Assembly (NCBI GenBank): GCA_027214255.1
Contig: JAPWHL010000006.1
Coordinates: 141,348 to 173,347, forward strand
Length of the DNA stretch: 32,000 nt
Direction of reading: 5' to 3'
From: Roseovarius aestuarii
Lineage (GTDB): Bacteria; Pseudomonadota; Alphaproteobacteria; Rhodobacterales; Rhodobacteraceae
Part shown: positions 8,782 to 16,417 of the stretch, piece by piece
Layout: each line of letters opens with the position of its first letter
Numbering within the stretch: position 1 is the first letter of the stretch
The notes under the pieces: model-generated
Told to the model about the DNA's origin: nothing
The model's database searches: none
The model's input: only the letters and a program-made list of their open reading frames with translations
Made by a program: the position numbers and the translations under genes

Positions 8782-10035
8782 TCAAAGGATCGTTTGCACC
8801 ACGGCCCCTGCGATGGCCATTAATCCCAGTGAGACAAGTAGCCCTAGCCTGAAAATCAGCATCAACACAACGGCCAGAACGGTCAATCCAGCTGCTGTAG
8901 TATCAAAACTGGACCAGTCGGGTAACGGGCCAAAACGGGCGGGCGTGACACGGGAAAACAGCACATGCAGTGCGAACCAGATCGACAGATTGGCAATCAC
9001 ACCGACCACAGTCGCCGAAATTGCGCTTAATCCCCCCTTTAGGCGGGGTTGGGCCAACAGGCGCTCGAGATAGGGCGCACCAGTGAAAATCCATAGGAAA
9101 CACGGAACAAATGTCACCCACAGCGTGATCGCTCCGGCCAACAGGGCCAGACTTAGCCCGCCGGCCTGATATCCGGCCAGATGCGCAACGAACTGTGTCA
9201 CAAGGATCAGCGGGCCGGGGGTGGTCTCGGCCAATCCCAAAGCGTCGATCATCTGCGCGGTGCTGAGCCAGCCATGGGTTTGGGTGACCGTTTGGGTCAT
9301 GTAGGCCAGAACGGCATAGGCCCCGCCAAAGGTGACGATCGCAAGTTTGCTGAAAAATAGGGCGACTTGCAGTAGAAAGTCTGCACCGGCGGCCCAAACA
9401 ACCAAAATTGGCGCGCTCCACAGCGCACTCCAAATTGCGATGGTACGGATGGTTCGTCCGGTTTGTCCGGGTGGCGAGACGGCCGGTGCCATAGGCGCGG
9501 GATCACGTATCGTGACTGCGCCATAAACAGCGGCAACCGCAATGACGGCTGGAAAAGGCAGGCCAAGGGCAAAGATCGCAACAAAGCCCATCACAGCCAA
9601 CGCCCAATGGGCCGCCCCCTTTAGCGCTTTTTGTGAAAGACGCCACAAGGCTTGAACGACAATCACCATAACGGCGGCTTTGATCCCCAGAAACGATGAC
9701 TGCACCAAAGGCAGTTGGCCGAAACGGGCATAGGCCAGTGCCAGTGCCAAAATCACCACCGCGCCGGGTAGAACAAACAGCAGTCCGGCAATCAATCCGC
9801 CGATTGTGCCACGCAGCTTCCAGCCCGTATATGTGGCCAGCTGCATCGCCTCGGGGCCGGGAAGAAGCATGCAAAATGACAGCGCGCCCAGAAACTGTTG
9901 TTCGTTCAGCCAGCGACGTCTGTCGACCAGCTCGCTGTGCATCAACGATATCTGCGCCGCTGGCCCCCCGAAGGACAGCAGGCCTATCCGCGCAAAACTG
10001 CGCAAGAAGTCCGTCCAATTGTTATGCAATTTCAA
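8782..10035 (-). CDS. chrA: Chromate ion transporter ChrA (long, two-CHR-domain form)
   Basis: 417 aa polytopic membrane protein with the CHR-domain motif FGGPAAQISLMH near the N-terminus and a second half with FGGAYAVLAYM. The start appears to be TTG at 10035, overlapping the upstream stop (TTGA). Confidence 0.85.
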   Translation of the reverse strand: MKLHNNWTDFLRSFARIGLLSFGGPAAQISLMHSELVDRRRWLNEQQFLGALSFCMLLPGPEAMQLATYTGWKLRGTIGGLIAGLLFVLPGAVVILALALAYARFGQLPLVQSSFLGIKAAVMVIVVQALWRLSQKALKGAAHWALAVMGFVAIFALGLPFPAVIAVAAVYGAVTIRDPAPMAPAVSPPGQTGRTIRTIAIWSALWSAPILVVWAAGADFLLQVALFFSKLAIVTFGGAYAVLAYMTQTVTQTHGWLSTAQMIDALGLAETTPGPLILVTQFVAHLAGYQAGGLSLALLAGAITLWVTFVPCFLWIFTGAPYLERLLAQPRLKGGLSAISATVVGVIANLSIWFALHVLFSRVTPARFGPLPDWSSFDTTAAGLTVLAVVLMLIFRLGLLVSLGLMAIAGAVVQTIL

Positions 10036-10862
10036 GTCCTTTGAACTGCCGGTGGGCTGGGCCAGTCATGCCCTTCGCTGTGACCATCGCGCGCCCAACG
10101 ATACAATGCATCATACAGCGCCAAGCCGGCCTCTAACTGGGCCTGATCGTTGCGAAACTGGCGTGACAATCCGACTGAAACCGCCAGCAATCCGGCAGCA
10201 ACCGGATGCATGTCTTGTCGGTTGGTATCGGCTGCGCGAATGGCCAAGGCCATTCGGTCCAGCGCCGGGGTATGCAGGCAAAAACGGTCCAACATCACGT
10301 CAAAAGTACAATGATCCCCTTCGTGCGTGAAGGGCGCATCCTGCGTGTCAAAGGGCGTTGCGTTAAACATGGACGCTCCGGTTCCCACTTCGCTGTCTGC
10401 CACGAATAAAAAACGCGCGTTTGGGTCGACAAACCGCCGGATCAACCAAGGGCAGGCGATGCGGTCTATCTTGGGGCGGGTACGCGTGATCCAGCAGGTC
10501 TGCCCGTCAGGGTCGAACGGCACGGCAGCGACAGGTACCATGGGCGCGCCACTTTCGGCCCAGGCTTGAGCGCCACCCGACAGGTATTCACTTGTTAATC
10601 CTTCGGCTTGCAGGGCGCTGACCATCACTTGGCTAAGTTTCTGTCCTCGGTGACAGGCAATGACCGAGGGTCGCCCCTGTAAACGCCGCATCAATCCGGG
10701 AATATCAGTATGGCTGTGACGGATCGAGGAAGGGATCAGGCGTGGATCGACGGCAAAATCATCAACAAGACGCATATCCACGATAACAGGGCAGTGTGGC
10801 GTGCCGATCAAACGAAACAAGTGTTGGCAGGTGATCTCGTTCGGGGCCGGCATGATTGACAC
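10032..10862 (-). CDS. Rhodanese-domain / ChrB C-terminal-domain fusion (chromate resistance protein)
   Basis: The N-terminal part resembles a rhodanese with candidate active-site loop CHRGQKLS. The C-terminal part carries RIACPWLIRRFVDPNARFLFV, typical of the ChrB chromate-resistance domain. It is coupled to chrA. Confidence 0.7.
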   Translation of the reverse strand: MSIMPAPNEITCQHLFRLIGTPHCPVIVDMRLVDDFAVDPRLIPSSIRHSHTDIPGLMRRLQGRPSVIACHRGQKLSQVMVSALQAEGLTSEYLSGGAQAWAESGAPMVPVAAVPFDPDGQTCWITRTRPKIDRIACPWLIRRFVDPNARFLFVADSEVGTGASMFNATPFDTQDAPFTHEGDHCTFDVMLDRFCLHTPALDRMALAIRAADTNRQDMHPVAAGLLAVSVGLSRQFRNDQAQLEAGLALYDALYRWARDGHSEGHDWPSPPAVQRT

Positions 10863-11087
10863 TTTGCATCCTGCGATAATCCGCGCAAAACGGATGTTGG
10901 ATGCAACCTTGGGTCACAACCTTGCGGGGCAGTCGTCGTCGTCCCCATAGGTCAAAGATTGCTTTAGGCTGATTGAATTGTCAATCAGCGGATTGGAACG
11001 GGCTGGGCCAAAGGCAACGTGGCAGGACCCGCGATATGATCCAGAAATTGGGATATTGGCAGACCGTACCGCACGTCGCGCCAATTC

Positions 11088-11125
11088 CCATAATGAAATC
11101 CCCCGGTGTATATTTCACACCGGGG
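11088..11125 (-). terminator. Candidate intrinsic terminator (possibly the end of the primary ssrA transcript)
   Basis: A 9-bp GC-rich stem pairs 11101-11109 with 11117-11125 around a 7-nt loop. On the minus strand it is followed by AUUUCAUUAU. No T-tract follows on the plus strand. Confidence 0.4.
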
Positions 11126-11239
11126 CATCAAGTGCGCGGGGGGCTAAGCTGCGGATGCTGCCGCTGCGCCTTCCGTGACCAGCGAACATGCCGTGCGACT
11201 TCGCAATCACATGCAACGTTACCGTGCGTTTATGAAATG

Positions 11240-11560
11240 AGGGGAAAGTGCAGGCTTCTGTTGCCAGGTGCCTGCGGACCCCGCCTTACGCGGCTAGGCG
11301 CAAGGGCTTAAGTTTCAGTCTCTCCGACCGCTTACGCGGCCATCGCTACTGGAGCACGATTGTCATTTGCAATTGTACTTTTCGGGCCGATACGGTGGCA
11401 CCCCGCCGAAACAAAGCATAACCCCTTTAGACGTTCGTCGATCCTGTTTCGACCCCCTCCGCCGCCAAATGAACGGGTATTGGTGGAGTCGCCGGGTACC
11501 GCCCCCGGGTCCGATCCGCGTATTACGAGCGCGTTTATGTTCATAGTCCCCGAGGGGACA
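11240..11560 (-). ncRNA. ssrA: tmRNA, circularly permuted two-piece form (acceptor piece, intervening segment, coding piece)
   Basis: Read on the minus strand. The acceptor piece ends GGAC-CCGGG-GGCGGUA-CCCGG-CGACUCC-ACCA (T-arm 11492-11508, 3' acceptor strand 11485-11491, ACCA 11481-11484). A 24-nt intervening segment follows (11457-11480). The coding piece begins GGGGUCG at 11456, which pairs with CGACUCC and gives a G3:U wobble, the Ala identity element. The tag frame is GCA AAU GAC AAU CGU GCU CCA GUA GCG AUG GCC GCG UAA = ANDNRAPVAMAA* (11370-11332). The stop codon sits in a GCCGC-GUAA-GCGGU hairpin. The 5' end is inferred from the promoter; the 3' end (about 11240) is only an estimate. 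Confidence 0.9.
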
Positions 11561-11565
11561 CAGGC

Positions 11566-11593
11566 AATATAGGGGCACACAGCGTGAATGCAA
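11566..11593 (-). promoter_or_regulatory. Sigma-70-type promoter of ssrA
   Basis: On the minus strand: TTGCAT (11593-11588), a 16-nt spacer, then TATATT (11571-11566). The predicted start near 11559-11560 gives an acceptor piece of about 80 nt ending at the CCA. Confidence 0.6.
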
Positions 11594-11706
11594 CGGGGCA
11601 TGATCGTCAAAGAAGAAAATTCGTATATGGTGTCGCTGGCGTCGGTGGGGCGAAGGCCATAGAACGGCTGAGGCAGGGAAGCATGGATTACACAGAGGGG
11701 GCCGAC

Positions 11707-12528
11707 ATGACGCAACATTCGCTGGTTTCGGTCCTGATGCCCGTGTTCAACGATATCGCGACCTTATCTGCGTCGGTCGCGTCGGTGCGTGCCCAGAGCT
11801 ATGCGGATTGGGAGCTCTTGCTGATTGATGACGGCTCGGATGATGACACGGTGGTGCTTGCGACGGCCCTTGCCGCCGAAGACCCGCGCATCCGGCTGTT
11901 ACGCATGCCTGCCAACGCTGGTGCGGCGGCAGCGCGCAACATGGGGCTGGATCACAGCCGGGGGCGGTATATCGCGTTGCTGGATGCAGACGACATTTGG
12001 CACCCCGAGAAGTTGAGCCGCCAACTGGCGTTTATGGACAGGCGCGGTGCAGCGCTTAGTTTTACGGGCTATTCCCGCGTCTCGCCGGACGGTGCGCAGA
12101 TCGAACGGGTGCATGTCCCCGATAGGGTTGAGTATCGGACACTGCTCAGGCGCAATATTATGGGTGCATTGACGGTGATTTATGACGCCGAGGCATTGGG
12201 CCGTGTACCGATGCCTGAGCTTGCACGTCAGCACGATTTCGCGCTGTGGCTGCGTTTGACGCGGTTGCACGGCCCTGCGCACGGATTGGACGAGGATCTG
12301 GCGACGTATTTGGTGCGGCCCGGATCGCTGTCAGGCAACAAGCGGCGCGCGGCCTGCGACGCATGGCGGGTCTATCGCCACTGCGAAGAGTTGCCGCTGT
12401 TTTCCGCGCTCAAGTATTTTGCATGCTACACCTACTACGGCCTGCGTTATAGGCTGTTTCAACGAGCCAAGCTCACACCAGAGACGGTGTCGCCTAAGGG
12501 ATCAGTTGACGCAGATCTTCGGCGATAA
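11707..12528 (+). CDS. Family 2 glycosyltransferase (TuaG-like pattern)
   Basis: VSVLMPVFND...WELLLIDDGSDDDT...ARNMGL...YIALLDADDIWHPEKL...YRTLLRRNIMG is the GT-A/GT2 DxD architecture. ATG 11707 is preferred over GTG 11584, with GAGGGG at 11695-11700. The 3' end overlaps the convergent gene by 35 nt. Confidence 0.85.
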   Translation: MTQHSLVSVLMPVFNDIATLSASVASVRAQSYADWELLLIDDGSDDDTVVLATALAAEDPRIRLLRMPANAGAAAARNMGLDHSRGRYIALLDADDIWHPEKLSRQLAFMDRRGAALSFTGYSRVSPDGAQIERVHVPDRVEYRTLLRRNIMGALTVIYDAEALGRVPMPELARQHDFALWLRLTRLHGPAHGLDEDLATYLVRPGSLSGNKRRAACDAWRVYRHCEELPLFSALKYFACYTYYGLRYRLFQRAKLTPETVSPKGSVDADLRR

Positions 12529-13813
12529 CTTCGGACGAGGGCGGACCGGGGGGCAGAACCAGCGCGATTTTCTCCTGTCGCAAATCGTGCAGGGGGTCGT
12601 CACCGTGCACAGCCACCCGTTCAAACTGCTGGCGCAGCTCGTCAGGGCTGTAGACTTGATAGAATGCTTGTTTCAGGTCCTGACCGATGTCGTTCAACGC
12701 CCCGGTGCCGGGGTTGCGCATACGGATGATCGGTGCCCCCGTCGGCAGGTATTCGGCTAGAAAACTTCCGCTGTCGGTGATCAGTAAATCTGATGTTCGG
12801 AAATGTTTGAAATATCGCCCGCCTTTGAAGACGGTGCAATTCTTCCGTGTTTCCCAGCCTTTGAACCACTTGTTAATGTCCGCTTGGGACATTTCGCCGT
12901 TCTGGCCAAGCGCATAGCGCATGTTGGGATGTGGTTTTAGCAGGAAGTCGATCTCGGGATGGGTGGTCGCCAACTCTTCCATCACCGGGCCGGACCATGC
13001 AAAGGTCGACAGGCCCAACGACGCTTCGCCGATGGCGTGGTGGGGGGCATAGATGACGCGGAGTCGGTCTGTATCTTTGCGATGTGACCAACGGCGCACG
13101 CTTTTGCGCTCGGGCGCGGGGCGGCGGTACATGTCCAACTTGGGATAGCCTCCCAGACGCAGGGACGTTTCGGGGGGGCGGCCGGGTGCATTGCTGGCGC
13201 GCATCAGGTCAAGATGGCGTTGGGTCTGTGCGTAGTACCGCCACAGATAGCCGTGAAAATATGGTTTTTGCCACTGCATGCTTTCGTTATCCAACACAAC
13301 GAAACCATAGTGCATATGTGCGCCCAGAACATCGCGCGACAAATGACGGGGGAGCTCCTGCATACCCCATGGCTGCTGATAAAAGATGACATCACAGGGC
13401 GGATGGCGCGGAATACGAACCTCGTCCAAGGTGGGCTCATAGAAATCGGCCCAGATCGGGCCAATCTTTCTGAAAAACGCGCGCATCTTTGTATAGGCGC
13501 GGCGTCGTGCGTCGGGGCGCATGCGTAGGGCGGTGTCGGACAAGGCGGGAAAGAAACCGCATTGAAAGGCGGGGTCGCTGTCAAGCGCCTTGAACAGGGA
13601 TCCGGCGCTCCACTTGGCACGTTCGCATACGACAAACCCGACGCGCAGGGGGTGATCCGGCGTGGCGTTTAATCGCGCACGGATTGTTGCCTCGGTTTTG
13701 GCAATGCGATGCGCGATACGGGCACGGCGATAGGACAAAGGCAGGATTCGATCCTGAAGGTGCCAGGCTAGTCGGCGAAGAAGAGATGTGATGCGATAGG
13801 GCAGAACGCTCAT
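12494..13813 (-). CDS. CDP-glycerol glycerophosphotransferase-family (TagF/TagB-like) phosphotransferase
   Basis: 439 aa. C-terminal-half motifs are GGYPKLD, RVIYAPHH, LLKPHPNM and SDLLITDSGSFLAEYLPTGAPII. These correspond to the G.PR.D / YAPT.R / H-P / ..LITDYSS...D....P.I pattern of TagF-type enzymes. Its ATG overlaps the upstream stop (ATGA at 13810-13813). Confidence 0.65.
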   Translation of the reverse strand: MSVLPYRITSLLRRLAWHLQDRILPLSYRRARIAHRIAKTEATIRARLNATPDHPLRVGFVVCERAKWSAGSLFKALDSDPAFQCGFFPALSDTALRMRPDARRRAYTKMRAFFRKIGPIWADFYEPTLDEVRIPRHPPCDVIFYQQPWGMQELPRHLSRDVLGAHMHYGFVVLDNESMQWQKPYFHGYLWRYYAQTQRHLDLMRASNAPGRPPETSLRLGGYPKLDMYRRPAPERKSVRRWSHRKDTDRLRVIYAPHHAIGEASLGLSTFAWSGPVMEELATTHPEIDFLLKPHPNMRYALGQNGEMSQADINKWFKGWETRKNCTVFKGGRYFKHFRTSDLLITDSGSFLAEYLPTGAPIIRMRNPGTGALNDIGQDLKQAFYQVYSPDELRQQFERVAVHGDDPLHDLRQEKIALVLPPGPPSSEVIAEDLRQLIP

Positions 13814-15330
13814 ATCACCGGCTCGGCCTCGCTGGGTAGGGGGTAGAGGGGTTGCAAGGAAATCGGCAGGAAATGATCCCCCAGTCCGGCGGCCTCCAGC
13901 CGGTCAACCAATGCGCGCTGCTCGGCAAGGGTCAGGCAGGTTTGGTTCAGCATTTGCGCGGCACGGCGGGGCAACATGTGATTTGAATAGGTGAAATACG
14001 GATTGGGCGTCGCCCAGTCCTTGCCGTAGTAAGCCGCCAAAAACGAAGCGGTCTCGCGCGGCTTTTCCACGGGCATCGAGCACATGTCGACGGTGATACA
14101 ATCGCGTAAACTGTCCAGTTCCAAAGGTAGGCACGCCATTTTATGCAGCAAAACGTGCCCATGACCGTCTGAAAAAATCGGCGTCACGTCAAGATGCAGC
14201 GCCGGGCCGGTTTCAGGAGCCGCGATGCGAAACGGTTTGCCTTCGCGATTGACCACCACGGTCAGACCAGCATGCGCCAGTTTTTCGATCCGCTCGATTG
14301 CATCCGCCTTGACCTCCGGGCCGGTGGTGGCGTCCGTAACATAACCCACGTCGAAATCATCATCACCGGGGATAAACCCGTCTTCACGGTGCTGACCCAA
14401 AAGCGTGCCGCACATCAGCAACAAGGGACGTCCCCAGACATGGTGAAAAACCTTGTTCGCCCGTTGGTACAGTTCAAGATAAGCTTTGTGTTTTTCAATT
14501 AAAAGCTCGGGGGGCGGGGGCAGGTTGCCCTTTTTGTCCAGTTTTCCACAGATCGCGACCTGTTCGGCCAATGTGCCGTCGCCGTGCGGAATGGTGAGGC
14601 AAACTTCGGCACCCAATTCGCGTGATTGTAGCAGCCTTCCGTCGCTGAAGCGCAGACGTAAACAGCATTCCCGTGGAAAATGGGCCAGTGTGTCGCGTTT
14701 TATCGTATAGTGGAATTCGGCCCGCCCATCGCGATAGGTCAGGCGGTTGCGGCGCAATGCAATGCCATCGACCTCAATCACCAGCGCGTCGGCAGGGGTT
14801 TCTGACAGGGCCAGAACCTTTAGGCCCATATAGCTGAATTCCAGGTGAAACTGCGCGGTTTTCAGCGTGGCAACACGTGGCGCGTCGCCATTTTTTGCGG
14901 CGGGGGCCATAGAGCAATGGAACAGCGGATCGACCAACGGCTGGCCGGGCTGGACGCCCTTACCCCGATGATAAAGCGCCCCGGCGCGATGTGCCTTGCC
15001 ATGGCGCACAAGATAGCGGGCATGTTGAAACACCAGATCCGGATGCGGGTGCACCCGGTTCAATACGCCTGCGCCCAGCCCGATTACCATTTCCGGCACC
15101 AACCGCTTTAAGAACAGCGGCATGCGGCGCCGATAGAAGTTAAGTAATCTTCGTTTCATTCGGGTTCCAAGGCGCTTTATCGGGTTGCCAGACATGACGC
15201 AGGGGCGCGTCGCATGCAAGAGATTTCGGGTAGGGGCAGCACGCCGGACGGTGCTATGTTGCAGACTTCTGACCCTAGTGCGCGGCAACCATTGATCAAG
15301 TCCGGCTAACCATACTTTCGATAAAAACAC
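13810..15330 (-). CDS. LicD-family phosphotransferase with a large N-terminal extension of unknown function
   Basis: LicD core LLLMCGTLLGQHREDGFIPGDDDFDVGY plus the C-terminal FLAAYYGKDWATPNP motif. The first 290 or so residues have no family I recognise. The start is uncertain (alternatives ATG 15195 and ATG 15159). Confidence 0.7.
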   Translation of the reverse strand: MFLSKVWLAGLDQWLPRTRVRSLQHSTVRRAAPTRNLLHATRPCVMSGNPIKRLGTRMKRRLLNFYRRRMPLFLKRLVPEMVIGLGAGVLNRVHPHPDLVFQHARYLVRHGKAHRAGALYHRGKGVQPGQPLVDPLFHCSMAPAAKNGDAPRVATLKTAQFHLEFSYMGLKVLALSETPADALVIEVDGIALRRNRLTYRDGRAEFHYTIKRDTLAHFPRECCLRLRFSDGRLLQSRELGAEVCLTIPHGDGTLAEQVAICGKLDKKGNLPPPPELLIEKHKAYLELYQRANKVFHHVWGRPLLLMCGTLLGQHREDGFIPGDDDFDVGYVTDATTGPEVKADAIERIEKLAHAGLTVVVNREGKPFRIAAPETGPALHLDVTPIFSDGHGHVLLHKMACLPLELDSLRDCITVDMCSMPVEKPRETASFLAAYYGKDWATPNPYFTYSNHMLPRRAAQMLNQTCLTLAEQRALVDRLEAAGLGDHFLPISLQPLYPLPSEAEPVI

Positions 15331-15382
15331 GCGAAGGCCCGGTGTGGCACGATCCCGGTGGGATCATGCCAACCGGCGGTTA

Positions 15383-16417
15383 TTATTTGCCAAACCCCAG
15401 TTCTTCTGGCGTGGACAGTTTAAGGCCGCCATCCTCCAGCCAGTAAATCCAATCCTCTTTTGGCACATCCCAATCCGCGCCATATCGGAGCGCCAGATAA
15501 GCCTCGGGGGCCTTGGGCATTGGCACGTTGATATCGTTCAACGTCAACTGGGACAGTTCCTCAAAATGGTGTGCGGGCAAGACCCAGCATGCCGTCCGGT
15601 GCAAAACGCGAAACGGATACCGTGTGCTCCAGACTTCGCGGGGATATCTGCTGCGGATCCGCACGAAGACACGCCAGATAAGGCTGAGAACTTTGCGCGC
15701 AAAGGGATGGCGAGAATTCTTGTGCTTGTGAACGGCATAGGTCAGCTGCATCGCGCGGCGCATGCGTTTGTTGCCCGGGAAGTGCTTTTCCATTTCGGGA
15801 CGGTTGCGGCGGTAATAACTGATCGTTTGCGGCCGCCAGAGGGTGTCCCCCTGACGGTAGTTGATGTGCACATGAACGGTCTTCATTTTCGGCAATTTGA
15901 TCGTGTAACCGAAATTGCGACCTTGATAGATGCGCTCTGTCACCCGGATGCCTTGGGCACGCAGGTCTTCGGCTAGCGCTTCCATCAATGGTAACTGATC
16001 GTCCCACGCCCCGAAATCAATATCACTGTCCCACGCGATAGGGCCGCCATCGCGCAAGGGCCCCAACAGTGATCCACTGTCCAGCCAGAAATGCGTCAGC
16101 TTTTGCGCCAGAACCACTGTTGCACGCAGGACGTTGCCGTGGGTGATCGCGGGATCGCACGGGGTAGTCAGAACCATTTTGAGCGCGAACGCCTCAAGAT
16201 CCTGTGCCAATTTTACATCCACGCGCCCGCGTTGCTTTGGCAGGGCCTGTAGTTCGATCAGGAATCTGGGCCAATGACCAATCTGGGCAAGTAAAGCCAG
16301 TTGCGCCCAAGCCTCACGCGCGGTGGGCAGGGGGCCAACGGCCCCCCGTTTACCTGCCAGCAGATCGACCAGATAGGCGCGTGCTGGGCACGCCTTTACC
16401 CATCCTTGGGCAGACAT
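15383..16417 (-). CDS. LicD-family phosphotransferase
   Basis: FWLDSGSLLGPLRDGGPIAWDSDIDFGAW (LicD DxD core) and YLALRYGADWDVPKEDW (C-terminal LicD motif). The ATG directly abuts the upstream stop (TAGATG at 16415-16420). Confidence 0.72.
   Translation of the reverse strand: MSAQGWVKACPARAYLVDLLAGKRGAVGPLPTAREAWAQLALLAQIGHWPRFLIELQALPKQRGRVDVKLAQDLEAFALKMVLTTPCDPAITHGNVLRATVVLAQKLTHFWLDSGSLLGPLRDGGPIAWDSDIDFGAWDDQLPLMEALAEDLRAQGIRVTERIYQGRNFGYTIKLPKMKTVHVHINYRQGDTLWRPQTISYYRRNRPEMEKHFPGNKRMRRAMQLTYAVHKHKNSRHPFARKVLSLIWRVFVRIRSRYPREVWSTRYPFRVLHRTACWVLPAHHFEELSQLTLNDINVPMPKAPEAYLALRYGADWDVPKEDWIYWLEDGGLKLSTPEELGFGK

Noticed and set aside
11332-11718. 128-aa minus-strand ORF spanning the ssrA locus
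   Set aside because: It is not a protein gene. Its last 12 codons are the tmRNA tag frame, and the rest runs through the tRNA-like domain and promoter. It has no RBS and no protein-like composition.
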